From: Lama guanicoe
Lineage: Eukaryota
Reading direction: 5' to 3'
Assembly: GCA_013239625.1 (NCBI GenBank)
Contig: MU054117.1
Location: 4,082,677-4,146,676 of the forward strand
DNA: 64,000 bases
The translations under genes and the position numbers were made by a program. The notes beneath the pieces are model-generated. The model saw only the letters and a program-made list of their open reading frames with translations, made no database searches and was not told the origin of the DNA. Below, piece by piece: positions 1-13,296 of the stretch; positions within the stretch are counted from its first letter, which is position 1, and every line of letters begins with the position of its first letter.

Positions 1-1855
1 AGGAGAGAAGTCCCCGAGAGTGTAGCAGGGAGGAGGCCCGTGGAGAAGGGGTGCAGAGGCCGATTTCAGGGCCTCCTTTGCGTCCCCACTCGCAGCCTCG
101 CTCAGCCCAGGCAGACGTGGCTCTTGATAGAAGTTGACACGTCCTTTCTGAAGGATCAGATGCAGGCCAGCTGGGGTCCACCGCGCGGAGAGCGAACCAG
201 GAGCAGGTTACGATGTGGGATCCGTGTCAAAAGTCTGCCTCTTCCCCTTAGAGCCTGTGGCTTCAGCCCCCTAATTGAGGAAGACGTCCTGGCTCGGAAG
301 CCTCAGTCCTCCATTCGGCCGACAGGAAGCGAGAGAAAGATGGGGCTGTGGAACATGAAGTTTCCCGACCTCATGTGTAGAGCTGTCGTTTCGAATTCCC
401 ATCTGGCTTCTGCCTTGCACTTCCTTTCTGCAGATGAAGCTGCACGAACCACGGGGAGGTGGGAAGGATCCGGGGATGCACTGCGTCCAGGTGAGAGCCC
501 TGGCAGGAACGGAGAGGGTTCTGGGGGCCCTGTACCCCCCAGTGCTGTGGGGCAGAACAGGGGAGAAGAGGAAAGGGAGTGGGAGGGAAGCCAGATGTGC
601 AAACAGGGCTGCTTTCTGAAGAGACATCTGCTTTGTTTTGCAGGATGTGTGGCTGAGGCTTGGCTGGTGGGCGCTGCTCTCTGGCGCCCTCTGCTGTGGC
701 TGAGCGGATGGGCTACCGCAGAGGGTGGGGCAGGGCTGGGCTGGACAGCCGGACAAGGCTTACCTGGGCAGAGGAGGGCTGGGAGACCTGAGACACGGCT
801 GCCCGGGGGCCTGGGGTGTGAAAGGTGAGTAGCCTGGTTATGGGGAAGATAAGCGAAGCCATCCGCACTGACCCTGCTGCGGGAGCCTGCGGTGCCGGCC
901 TTGTAGGGTAGGAATGGAAGTTAGCGTTGCCCAGTCCAGACGTGCTTACTGGTGAGAGCCGCATCTCAGAGTATGCACGCTGCAGGGAAAGGTGGGGTCT
1001 TCAGTGGCACGGGAAATGCAAGAGAACAAGGGTGCAGGGGGCTGGGGGAGTCTTCACCTCCCTTCCAGATAACCCGTGAAGGATTCACATAAGTAAGAGT
1101 TCACACGCTGCTGGATTAATATATTGTAGATTATAAATGAATGTGGGGGGCGGGGGGTGGACCGTAATATGGCATCCTGGGGGAAGCATGTTCCAAAAGT
1201 ATAGAAGATTAGGGCAAAGAGATAAAATGTGGAGAAAAGATGGTGGAGATGAAAATTAAAAACTGGAAAACCAACCTAAAACTTCAGTGTTTCCTTAAAA
1301 GTAGCCACAGCAGTTGGCATGGATCTACTGGAATCCTTTCCGACACTGGAAGAACCCTTCTAAGAGATGAAAAAGAAGTAAGCATGCAGACTGAATGTGC
1401 CCGCCCCACGTCAGGCACAGTGAATAAATGAACTCCCAGCAAGGCACATTCCGGTGACATTTCTGAATCACAGGAATGAATGTTAATATCCTACTAGCAC
1501 CAAGGCTGGAGGGGAAGAAAAGCTTACGATACGTTTTTTGCTATCGATCAAGCTTATTCCAGAGGTTTCTCGGAAACCCTGGAAGAGCATGGACGCACAG
1601 TCACAGCCGCCATGTTTGAGAGAAAGGACCCAGGAGTGGTAAATCCAGCCAGATCCTGGTTCCAACAGAAAAGCGAACGCTCCAAGCCTCAGGTCAGGTT
1701 CTCTGGGAAGCAGACCCATGTGCCGGGCATGCGCGACGGTCACTGGGCTGTGTGCTCCAGAAACAGGATGAGCCAGAGGGTCGGGCTGAGCTGCAGTGCA
1801 TTGGGACGGAGACCTCAGTCAATCCCACAGGAGCTCTGGAGCTGGCGTGGCCCTT

Positions 1856-1919
1856 AAGAGTGACCCAGACTATACTTCAATAAATATAAATAATTTAAAA
1901 ATAAATAAAAAGAGTGACC
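1856..1919 (+). mobile_element. Extremely 5'-truncated L1 3' end with A-rich tail and TSDs
   Basis: gactatacttcaataaa plus an A-rich tail, flanked by direct repeat aagagtgacc (1856-1865, 1910-1919). Target site tt|aaga. Confidence 0.7.
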
Positions 1920-3287
1920 AAGAACTGAAGCGAGGAGGGCCTTCTCCCCTGCAGTGAGGAGTCGCTCGATGTGGGCTGTCCCAGAGCAGAGCTGTGACCT
2001 TGACCCAGGAGCTCCCATTCCAACGAAGGCAAATGCGAGGGGGACTCAGCTGCGACCGTCAGCAGCTGGGGGACGAGCACCGGAGTCCTGAAGGCTGGCA
2101 TCTTCAACATCATCTTATCAAAAAGAACCTCCTGAAGGTGTTCTCCAGCCAACTAGCAGAGAAGGGCGACATAAAGACGGGAGACTTTTCCTAATTCAGT
2201 TGTCCCCCAAGCCCTGTTTGGTTATGTATTTCAAAGCAGACATGGGGCAGAGCTGGGTCCGTGGGTTTCCTATCTCAGTCTTGTCCTTGCTCCTGGAAGT
2301 GCCTTCCACAGCCCGGTGGAATCGCCTACGACAATTTATGGCCACTTAGAAGAGCAATTGCTACGTTTCTCTCCCATTTTTCTGAACGAGGGCCCATCTG
2401 TCTGTGGGGTGAGAACCCCATGCTGGGAGGGCGAGCACACCAAAAGGCTTTCATTTGTCTCGCAGAAAAGCGAGGTGAGAGACGGCGAAATGACGGTCAT
2501 TGTACTGAAGAGGAATTCAGTGGTGGTTCTCTGCCTCTTTAAAACCCTTGCTGGGAACAGCGCCCCTTCCGCAAGCGGGATCACAGCAGCCGGGGCTGGT
2601 GTGGAGGGGCTGTGACCGGGCAGGGGGAACCAGGGTCTCCCCTGCATTTCATGCTCTTCACAAAGAGCACGTTGAGAAAACTACCGTCACAACGACTGAT
2701 CCACATCAGCCGTCACGGTGACTCCATTTCTCTGCGTTCTTCACAAAGAAAGACAAGTGAACTTGGTGGCAAAGACGATCTGCCACCGAGCCTTTTCCAT
2801 AGAAACCTCCACCCACGGCTCCTGGCTGTTTCTCCGTCAACGGTTGAAAAGTCAGTGCGTGCGACTGACTTCACCTGTGCATAAAAGTAAGTGGACAGGA
2901 AACAAGACTGGCTGCAAAGGGTCTCCTGGAGGTGACAGTCTGGGAGAGTCCAACTTTTCTATTTACTTTTTTTTCTGTCGATCTCTGAATCTTCTTCGAT
3001 GATACGTATGGCTTTTGTAACTAAACAAAACAGACGCCATTGCAGATCAACGTCTGGGGCGGCACGTGAACCCTGAGAACACAAATCAACGTGAAATAAA
3101 CCAAAGCGCTAGCTAGTATTGTTTCTGGGGAAAGGGAGTGGGAGAGGCAGCGGTGTTTTTTGCTTTGTTCCCTGTTTCAGATATTTGCTCACAGTTTTTT
3201 GGATTTTATAATAAACTGTTTCTATTTTATTATCTCCCTAAAGAGCTCAGAAGAGGTTTTGTTTGTTTTGTTTCTAAATTAGGCCTG

Positions 3288-3458
3288 TAGCTGGAGGGTG
3301 GGGTGGGGGAGGGTGTGGCTCAGCGGTGCGGCAGGTGCCTCGCATGCAACAGGTCCTGGGTTCAATGCCTCCCCTTAAAAAATAAATAAATAAATTTACC
3401 TCCAATTACCTGTCCGCCCCCCCTAAAAAAAAAGCCCAAAAAAATTTTTTTAATAAAA
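3288..3458 (+). mobile_element. tRNA-Ala-derived SINE (camelid Vic-type)
   Basis: ggggagggtgtggctcagcggt...ggtcctgggttcaat, (aaat)n tail. 13-bp TSD taaattaggcctg at 3275-3287 and 3459-3471. Confidence 0.8.
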
Positions 3459-5332
3459 TAAATTAGGCCTGCCCCTCTCAGCCCTCTACCCAGCCTGTTC
3501 AGCCCTTTGGAAAGTTCCTCTTCCGCAGCCTAAACCCTGCCGGCTGCCCTGTGAGGCAGGCCCAACTGGTGGGCATTCCTGTAATGTGGATGCTGCTCAA
3601 ACACTGTGGGCCTGGGGGTGGGGGCACATCACAAAATTCCCAATTCACTTGTAGTGGGAGAGACGGAGACAGTCAAGGCCTTTCAGAGTTAAAACGTATA
3701 CGTGGTCAGATTACACCTTCCTTCTGCGTGCGACCTGGACCCTCCCGGCCTGTCACCCCCCGGCCCCGCTGCAGCTGACCGTCACTCCCTGCTGTCTCTC
3801 TGACTCGCCCACAGGAGCAGCAGCTCCCTGCGGGTAGGACTCTGTCGCCTTGAGTGATGCAGCCCAAGTGTCTAACAACACGAGTCCGGCACACGTAGGT
3901 GTTCAGTCCCTGCTTTCCAATGGATGAGCCTAAATTTATGGGATTAAAAAGACTGACAAGACGTGAGGCGACAAAAGGGGACAAGATTCCCCACGTGGCA
4001 TAATTGTAATTGAAAACACAGACGTGTGAGAGGGAACAAGAGTCTGGAAGAAATGCAGCAACTGTCGACGTGGATGATGGTTTGGGGGCTGTAGGTGAGT
4101 TTACTTTGTTCTTCCGTTTCCTAGAGACTGTCTGAATCTTTCTTGGGGGTGCAAGTGTCCCCTGGATGATCACGTAGAAATGTTTCATTTTAAAAAGAAG
4201 GAAAAGAGGTGGGGTCTTGAACCAGCCCCCAGCCGCCCTTGGGCTGGTGTGGCTCAGCTGGTGCCAAGTGGGTATCTTGGTGACGGAGGCCAGTGGACCA
4301 TCACTGCTTCCTGGAAGCATCGTGCCACCCACACGAGTGGGAATCTCCAGGGGTGTCCTCTGTTTATGGGCCTGGAGACCCCGTGTCATTACTGCCCCTT
4401 GAAGTAAAATTTTTCTCCCACCGGCCACTCCATTCTCCCCAAAAAGCCAAATCCTGTTATAAGATGCTGCGATGTGTTTATACCACCGTAGGTGGAGTCT
4501 CGGCTCCAATGTTAAGCTTGAACATTAAGGTGCGATGTAACCAAGGTTGACTGCAGGATTACTGGTGCAAGAGAGGCAGGAACAGGAGTGCCCGCTGCCC
4601 TTACTGAGAGCTGTGTCTATGCCCTGATGTCCCCATAAAAGAAGGGACCACTTTCCAGAGCAAGGGTTGGCAGGCAGTGGAATCCCCGAGGCTCCCAGGA
4701 GGAAACAAGCGGCCGCGGTGAGTGGCGGTGATGAGTGGACCAGCGGCCAGGGGTCCTGGCGTCTCCGGATGTGCCGAAACCTCCAAAGGACAGCTCCCAT
4801 CCCTCCTCTGGAGTGTGGCCCCCCGACGGCTTCGTTCTGACTGAGCTGGACGCTAGTCAGACTGGTCTGCAAGGGGCCGGGGCCAGGTCCGGGGGAAGGG
4901 ACGGCACGACTAATGTTCAGCAGCAGGTGGGTGGAGGTGTGTGAAAGGCAGTGATACATGACGCCTGGCCTTGGCTTCCAGCTACAGCCCACAGCCTCCC
5001 CGCAGAGCTCGGGAGGCTTCTACCAATCGACGGTGTTAGGTGACCTCTGGACCACCCTGGGTTTGTCGTTAATTCATACACAGAGTGTCCAACCCCTCCC
5101 CTCCGGCGCCCTCACATCTCCTGTCACCCTTATCTGACTGTGTCTATTACCGCCTGAAATACACATTCACCGGCTCACTGTCCTCCTCTCCCCAGGACGT
5201 AACTCCAGGAGGTGGGGTCTCATCTCTCGTCCTCGGCTGAATCTCTCGTCCGAGAACAATCCCGGCAGCCATGGGGGCTCCATAATTATTGGTAGGAAGT
5301 AAGAGGCGAGAATGAAAGACAGGACATGCATC

Positions 5333-5936
5333 TTTATAAAGAATGTTTCCATTTATTATTTTAAATCTGAACCTGCGTAAAATGATGGTTAGTTACATTT
5401 AGCTCAAAGCAACCCTGTGACGCGAACTGGAGACAAGCCCAGATCTGGACCTTTGCTCCTCAGCCTCAGGTCCAGAGGCCACAGCAATCAGTCTTGGAAC
5501 TTCATTTGCATCCACTGAGGCCGGGACAGTGATGCAGAGGGTTTGCTCAAGGTGATGGGAGTGGTGATCACTTACAAGGGGACTGCGCTTCTCACAGCCC
5601 GTGGCCACCCAAACGTGGGGAGGGTACCGGAGGGAGCAGAGGGCAGGTTCATGGTGCCTGGGGACTTGGGTGGAGACCCAGTTCTTTCGCTGATGGAGGC
5701 AAAATGGGGCACCAGTCCCCCAAAGGACACAGCTCCAAAGAGGACTTAAAAGAACTCAAGCTTGACGTTCCTGCGCCGTGGCATCATTGCTCTTCCCTCC
5801 TGCGCCCAGTCCCTGCCTCGCTCTCTCTAACCTCTCTTCACACACACGCCCTTCTCAAGAGCCCCTGGGGCCAGATCCGATGGAAGGATGCCCTGTGCGG
5901 GTCTCTGCTGCCGCCGCCCGGGTGGGGACCCCGGGC
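5333..5936 (-). other. ANO2: ANO2 3' UTR (3' end approximate)
   Basis: Runs from the stop codon to the first minus-strand AATAAA. Cleavage is inferred ~15-25 nt downstream of that signal. Confidence 0.75.
5352..5357 (-). terminator. Polyadenylation signal AATAAA of ANO2
   Basis: Plus-strand tttatt. On the minus strand there is a TGTA ~40 nt upstream and a GU/U-rich downstream element (tgtcctgtctttc). Confidence 0.8.
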
Positions 5937-6209
5937 TCACACGTTGGTGTGCTGGGACCCCGAGGACAGGCTGCTGCCCAGCTGGCTCCGGCCCGAGGGC
6001 GCCGGGCTGGCTGTCGGGCTCCCCCTGCTGCGGCGGCCGGCGCCCGGGCTCCTCCTTGGGTGCTCCTCCATCAGCCTGAGCTTCTCATGCTCTGCCTTCA
6101 GGAAGAAGTCCACGAACAGGCTCTTCTCCCGCTTGATCTGGTCGCTGATGTCGGTAGGGATGTCCGGGATCATCCAGTCCACGAGGACACTCAGGAACAT
6201 CACCAGGTT
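5937..6209 (-). CDS. ANO2: ANO2 terminal coding exon J
   Basis: [38 protein letters not shown]...SSGSQHTNV*. The HTNV C-terminus is characteristic of ANO2 rather than ANO1. Acceptor gcacgcacag|AAC, stop TGA at 5939-5937. Confidence 0.97.
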   Translation of the reverse strand, partial: NLVMFLSVLVDWMIPDIPTDISDQIKREKSLFVDFFLKAEHEKLRLMEEHPRRSPGAGRRSRGSPTASPAPSGRSQLGSSLSSGSQHTNV

Positions 6210-7953
6210 CTGTGCGTGCCGGGGTGGGAGAGAGGGGGTGAGGGGGGGAGGCCGAAAGCAGCCCAGACCCCTGACCCAGGGCGCAGAGGGCCCCTGTGTC
6301 GCCCTGACTCCTCTGTCGACTGGCGGGGATCCCGGCCGAGGCGTGGCACTGTCCCTCGGGGTCCCCGTGTGAAAGTGGAGTAGGGACAGCGTCCACCTCC
6401 CGGAGCCCCGCTCCTGCACGGGCTGACAGTGGCTTCTTGCCCTCCTCCATGCCCCCAGACGTCCTGCTCTTGCCCCCAGGCCCCAGATCGTCCAGAGGAG
6501 TGGCTGTGAGTCCTGGCAGTCCCCCCGGGGCTCTCCCTGGGCCAGCTGCCCCCTCTTCCTCCCAGCTGCCCCTCCGCCCCCACATCCGAGGTGGGCCTGT
6601 GGTTTCTGCACTGAATTCTGGCCTCAGCCGGCCCCACGTTCACCATCACAGCCTCTCTGGTCACACCGCCTGCCTGGGCCCTGCGCCCTGCCCGCCTCCT
6701 GCCCCCTGCCCGCCTCCATGGGTTCTGAGCTTTCGCGCACACCTGGAACTGGCTCCCTTCTCCCTGCTGAGCCACATCCCCTCCCCTGTAGACACGTGTG
6801 GGAGCATTTCTATTTAAGTGGGTGAAGATGTTCTGATGGTGCCAGCCTGGCCCACGGAAGGCCAGCTCCCTTTACGCTCTGGTTCCCAATCCTTCCGCAG
6901 GGCACCCCTCGCCCCCCAGCTCTGGTCTTCTCTGCCTGCCCATCGTATGCTCAGGCGCTCCCTCCCCTCCAGCGAACAGTGACGGCCCTGAGGAGACAGA
7001 GCACTGCCATCCTCTAGTCCTCCAGGCTCTAAACCTGTCCCCTGCTTGACCTTGAACCCTGCACGGCCCTGGTGCCCAGGGAAGGCCTGGGGAGACAGTG
7101 GCTGCTCACACAGGGTCCCGAGTGCCTTAGGAGACCTGCAGCTGTTAAGCCACACACTTGCGTTTTAAACCGAGTCCTCCCGGGAGTGAAAGTGACCTGG
7201 GACGCAGGGCAGAGTGCGGGCGGGCCGCCGGGGGACGTGTGAGCTTTGCTCACGGTGTCGCCCGTCTCTCCGAGAAAGAATGCCCGTCCTCTCCGTGTGA
7301 AAGACGAGCTGGGGGGCTTGTCCACTTCCGGGGCCAGGACACCTTAGAGCCTTCAGGGGCCTGGGGAGCCGACGGGAAAGGATCCGGGCTGGACCAGCCC
7401 CGGGGGAAGGCCGGCAGGCCCCCGGTGGGAGCAGGGGCCGTGCGCTCGGACAACCCGAGCGAGGCAACGGTAGCCGCGGCTACTGTGGGAGACGGAGTCC
7501 CGGCTCGGGTTTGCTATTCAGCGGGGGCGGCCGGATGGCTCCGGGGCCTTTCCCAGCAGGCGTCCCAGGGGCTAAAACAACGCAACAGAAGAGGGGGCCA
7601 GTGGAGGGGGAAGGAAGGGTCAGAACGCAAGCCCTTTCTTGGGCGGCAAAGTCCAGGAGGGGCTGCTTGTCTGCATTTAGGCCGAGACTCTGGTCCCCCC
7701 CCAACTCTTCCTTGTCTTCGGTTTAAACGGGAATGATCGCCACCCTGCCACTGGCTGCACATCTGCCCTGTAACCCGACTCTGAGCTTCCTGCTCTTTCT
7801 GCAAACCCAGCCATTAACGAGGGCCTCGTCCAGGGCAGGGGCTCTCCCCGCAGCCTGCCGCCCCCGAAGGAAGGCCCTGAAAACCCGCAGACCTGGCCGT
7901 CTGCACCCCACAGCCTGGATCCTAACCGGCCCTGCCTTGTCTGAACAACTCAC

Positions 7954-8059
7954 CTGGAAGATGATGACAAAAGCCAGACGGGCAGACAAAACAGACCAGT
8001 ACTGTTTGGAAAACTCATACGGGTTCGGGGCCCAGGGCGGCTCCCGGTAATCCTTAAAC
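7954..8059 (-). CDS. ANO2: ANO2 coding exon I (penultimate; TM10)
   Basis: [35 protein letters not shown]. Acceptor tctctctgggcag, donor CAG|gtgagt. 106 nt, phase 2->0. Confidence 0.97.
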
Positions 8060-10229
8060 CTGCCCAGAGAGAAAGGCGACGTTAAGACGGGAGGAGATGA
8101 GGGAAAGGGGGCCTTTTCTGGGTGTGACCTCAGAGGTCAAAGCAGCAGGCAGGCCCCTGGCTCTCAGAACTGGGGAACAGGGGACAGAGGCAGGAATCCC
8201 CGCTCCAGCCTGCGATGTCCAACAAAGCACCGAAGTCCAAACCAAGCCCACATCAGCCCAGAGATGTCCTTCCTACTGTCTCTCCAACACCCGCAGAAGC
8301 TTCCTTTGGAGTTTCCTTCCGGAGGGGCCCAAGAATCATGAGAGCATCCCAGGACGGTGGACCCATCTCGGCTCCACCAGCCCGTGGGCTCTGAGAGGGG
8401 AGCGGGGACCCCCAGACGCCGTGTCCGTGCTCTGCAGTCTGTGGGCTCAGTGAGGGTACGGATGCCAGCAGACGGTCCCGGCATCTTCCCCAGACGGCTG
8501 CTTTGGGGCCACGGCCATGAGAGGGGCTGGCCTTAGTTCATGGCCAATTCAGACCAAGCTGAAGGCTGACGGAACTTGGGGAGGGAGGCGGTGACAGCCA
8601 CAGTTGGCCAATAGCCTCTTTTACTAACCGTCTTTACCATCCATCCATGTAGCTTAAGAAACTGGTGCCTGGTGGGGGCTCAGACCACGGAGCTGTCTAG
8701 GCCTGCTTCTCGCTGCTGCCTTCCCCCCAGCCTCCCGCCCTTCCTGGGATGACTCATGTTAAAAAATGGTTTATTTTCTCAGACTCACTTTTTTTACTAA
8801 GCCTGGAAAAATGACAAGAGCTGGTACCAGAAGAATTACACCCTGTCACGGAACTGTTTTCCCCATGGAGTTCAACACATCTTTGATGCACTGGAACAGC
8901 AAAACAAGGCCTGGGCTGGAGCAAGGGCAGCGGTGGCACTGGGCAGCCAAGCGGGCTGCGCGGCTGCCCAGGAAGGCGGGGGGTAGGGACTCGGTCCCCG
9001 AAGGGGCCAGGAAGAAAAACCAGCATATGCTGCAGGCGCCGTGCGCGTCCATCCCCGAGCACGGAGCTTTTCTGGAGGGCGTCTCATTGAACCTTCACCA
9101 CATCTCACGCTGGCATGGAGAGCCCTGTGTCACCCAGGAGGAAACTGAGGCTCCGAGAAGCAAGGGATGGAGTCCAGGTGAGAATCCAAGTCTGGCTGAA
9201 TTCGGGCTTTTCTCCTACTGGCATAAAGCTCCTCGCTGCCAGCTGCAGTTCGGGGTGGGGGACTCGGAAGCGGGTGCTCTCCGTCCCTCCCCTGCCCCGA
9301 ATGAACCCGCTGCTCTAAAAGATCTGTGTAGGAGCACGAGGACTTCCAACTGCCCAAGAGGAGATGAGAGAAGAAGAGGGAAAGAAAGAGGAAGACGAAA
9401 AGAGACGCACAGAAAAAGACAGAGCCCCAGCTGCAGAGGCAGCCGCAGAAGGAGGTGACCCAAGAGGTGGGCGCCGAGCCTTCGACTAGGGCTGGGCAAG
9501 GGGCCAGGGGCTGCCCCCTCCCCACCCGACCCTCCTCTTCCAACAGCTGATCGCAGCTGTTGCAGGCTTGGTTTGACATCCGGATGAAAAGCAAAGCTAA
9601 CGGCAGCCCAGCACAACAGCACGGGATTGGTCCCAGCCATCCACGGCTGAGGACAGAAACACGCCAGCTCCAGATCACACGGCTGCGGGGACGGAGGGAG
9701 GGTGCGGCCAAGGGAACACGGACATCCTGGGTGGGAAAAAACTCAGGCCCCCCCCACCCTCCTGCTGTCCCCCCCAAACCCCAGGGCAGGAGGGAATTTA
9801 TCTCACTTTTCTCAGGACATCTGGAGGAGGGGGTGAGGCACACACGCACCCCGACTCCTGACTGTGGGGAAATCCTCCCCCAGGTCTAGCCCAAACCCTG
9901 CTGCTGCGGTCAAGTCCCTCTCTCTGGTCCTCCAGCTCCATCGATGGAGGAACAGCTGCTCCCTGACCTCAGGATGACAGATGCTGCTCACCCCTCTTTT
10001 TTCCCAGTCTGCAAAGAATCCATAAATAATCTAATTCTGGTCCACTTCTGATACTAACTCACCACAGCTTTTGGAAATGTCACTTTGCCCTCCCTGAGTG
10101 TCCAAAACATGTTTTGAATTTAGCAGGCACGTCCATCTAATCCACGATCTGGGGAAAGATTAACACACAGATACGTCCAGCAAGGTCGACCTGCAACCCC
10201 ACTCTGCCAACGCACTAAGGGAGCCTTGT

Positions 10230-11760
10230 CAGGAACTACAGGGCAAGTTATGCCCGGAAAACAGCAACACACAATTTAATGAATGCTGCGTCTGTTCACA
10301 TTTCTCTTCCCAAGGCAAACTCTTTAAGAGCAGTGGCCAGCTGTAAGCAATGCCTTTCACGTTCATGCACACATACGTATACATCATGGAAACAAAAATT
10401 ACCCCACATCTACTTATTTTTGCTGTGTGCAGTGCACTGTTTTCTCCTATCCTCGTCTTTGAAACGCTGATCATGACCCACGAAAGTGACTTTCTAAGCC
10501 ACCGACGAGCTGTGATACGCAGTTTGAAAAACACCGATTCCAGAAAGCCTCTGCCCCTTTGAGGAGTGGCTCGCGTACAGTCTAACCTAAGTTCAGATTT
10601 CGTGATCGTTGGAAGGTTTCATCCTAAGAAACCAGAAGGCACTTATTAAACAAAGAGATCATTAGTTTTAACACTAGAAATGTCCACATAAGACAGGGTG
10701 GTTAACGGACTTGTGTCCGGCGTGGGGACAGCCGTCTGTCTATTTTGCTTCTAAGCCCAGTGCACAGCGTCGGCAAAGGCGCGGGCTTTGGAGGCAGCAG
10801 GTGAAGGCCTGACCCCACCCCCAGCATCTCTGTTCTGTGTCCTCCAGCAGCAAGTCACCAGCCCTCTGAGGGCCAGGGTCTTGACTGTTAGGGGAAGACA
10901 CAGTGAGAATTAAATAAGGCAGCTCGTGTGAGTGTGATTTCTGGAGGCTTCCACAGAAAATGGTTTCTTCTGGGAGAGAATGACTGGGGTGGGGGCTGAG
11001 AAGACAGTCCTCCCCTTTTGTATGTACGTATATACACACATACACATACAGAGAGAGAGTTTTATAATTAAAAAGTTCATAATTTCAAAAGAAGAATGCA
11101 TCTAAATGGCAATATTCAGTTAAGCCAAAATTATTTTTATACGAAGCATCCAGGAGCAAAATGAGAGTGTTCAGTGAGACAATCAGTGGAAGTGGTCCAG
11201 AAGTCAACGTGACAGCTTAGCTGCCAAGTCGCGTTAATCTTTTACCTGGCTTTTCTTATAGTTACTAAGATGTTACCGCTGGGGGAAACTGGGTGAAGAG
11301 CACACGGGGCCTCTTTGTGCTTCTTTTCAAACTTACTGTGAATCTACAATTATTCCAAAATAAAACAGTAATTAAAAAAGAAATCTTGCAAAAAATTTTT
11401 TTACCTAGCCTGTTCTAACACTGTGAAATAATCACATTGAGTTGAAATTACACATTATGTAAAGAAATAAGATTCCTATTAGCTCAAAATATTTTTCATT
11501 ATTATAGAACAAACCCAGGAGACTACATCTTAAAGGTTCCGTAAGTTCATTTTTATGTGAAAGCACGGGGAAGATGTCTGAGGAAGACCCACCACGATGT
11601 GGCGACTGCTGGGAACGTGCCCGAGGCTGCGCAGGGCTGGGCGGAGGTGGGACAGAGTTGGAGAGGCTGCCGGTAACACTTAGAATTTTTGCAGAAATAA
11701 ATTAGTGATATATGACATGTGTCATTGACTATTAATTATTTAAAAATAAGTAGAAAAGAA
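10230..11760 (+). mobile_element. Old L1 (L1M-type) fragments, degraded
   Basis: AT-rich. 11265-11370 shows a typical old L1 3' end (gatgttaccgctgggggaaactgggtgaag...tgtgaatctacaattattccaaaataaaa). Boundaries are approximate. Confidence 0.5.
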
Positions 11761-11770
11761 TTTTTGGAGA

Positions 11771-11830
11771 TTGTTTATTCCACATCCCCATTTCACAGAC
11801 GGGGAAACTGAGATGTGGAGAGGGAAGGGA
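11771..11830 (-). mobile_element. MIR core fragment
   Basis: atccccatttcacagacggggaaactgag. Confidence 0.6.
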
Positions 11831-13296
11831 GACTCCCGGCTCCGATGTTCCCCTCCCATCCTCACCTGCAGGGTGACCAGGGACAGTGGCACCTGCACGA
11901 TTTGTCACAACACAGCATCACTGAGGGCAGGAAGGTGTCGACATAGCAAGCTGAGATCATCAACATTTGGGGATGGAGTGTTTTAAATCATGTTTTAGCT
12001 ACATTATCAACCAGTTAGTAAATGCCTCTCTCAACTCAAAACAGCAGTATATAAAACTTTTTTCATAGTCCCAATGGAAAGTAATGTCATATTAATGCCG
12101 AAGACAATTGCATACAGTATTTTCATATCTTCTGAGCTACTTGAACATGCCTTCTGAAACCGGCCTTTAACAAGGGAAAACGGCACAGGCGATTAGGAAC
12201 TAATGAGGACCATATTAATACAGTGGTTAATAAGTTCGGGACAGGCACAGCCTGGGGAAGCTGGGTCTCCCTCTGGTCTCAGCGAGGAGCAGCTGAGAGG
12301 CAGCCAGACACTGCAAGGGAACTCACAGGACTTTGGATAGGAAAGAACTTGGGCCCTGCAGAAAAACCCACAGGGGCCACCCAAGGGTGCTGTTTCAGTG
12401 GGTTGCCCGAGCCCGGGCGGGCTCCTTCAGCTATGGGGCCCAGGTCCCCAGCCAGACCCCGCCCTGCTGGCCTCCCCACTCCCCTCCAGCTGAGCCAGGA
12501 GCCTGAGCCACCATCCAGCCTGCAGGACACGGTGGCCCCTCGACCCCGTCAAATGACCTCTCATCATGCCTGCAGACTGACGTCACGGCGCAGCCCTGCC
12601 GGAGCAGCTCGATGGCAGAGGCAGACTTCGCTCCAAAAGCGCGGGGAATGCATCGCCAACGGGCAGCCGGAGACTCGTCCTGACTTTTACTGCTATTTTT
12701 AAGATACCTCTCTCTGGCGAGGCCAGGCTGGAGCCCGAGACCTCAGTTTTATTTGACCACATTTATCTCCAGAGGTCACTGAAAGCTAAGAATAAGAAGG
12801 GTCATGGAGTTCCCAACACTGTTTGCCAGAAAATCAGGGCGAACTTTTCATTTCCCACCATGGAAGCAGTTCTGAACGCTGGCTCTGGGGCTCGTTCTAG
12901 TGCTGTCCGTGTTTCTCTCCATCTCTCCCACTCCTGCAGTCCCATTCTCAATACCTCCCTCTCTCTTTTTCTCTCTTTTCCCCCCACCCCTCCACTTCTA
13001 TTTATAACCACCATTGGCAATTCTTGGCTTACAAAGACATCAGTACTTCATGCCTCTGCTTCCCAAATTTCGAGAGAATTTGGTGCGCCAGACAGGTTCA
13101 CACGCCACCCAGTGACTAGGACCCACCTGGGGCAGAGATATCCATCATCAAACCTTACCCACCTAGGGAAGGCAGCCCCCAGAGCGTACAGACTTAAGAC
13201 GCCACAGCCAGGTGGTACGCTGACCCCGTTCTCTTGACTTCAGCTTACACTTCAGGGTAGGGCAGCTCTTTACTGAAAACGTAACCCAGTAAGAGC

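Noticed and set aside
40..4509. Long ORFs 40-828 (262 aa) and 3706-4509 (267 aa)
   Set aside because: No recognisable protein motifs; expected by chance in GC-rich DNA.
9568..9581. 14-nt perfect complement (ttggtttgacatcc) of exon G 18110-18123
   Set aside because: Does not extend. One 14-mer match between ~1.4 kb of exon and 64 kb is plausible by chance.
12578..12585. Full CRE palindrome TGACGTCA
   Set aside because: A single 8-mer in 64 kb with no supporting context.
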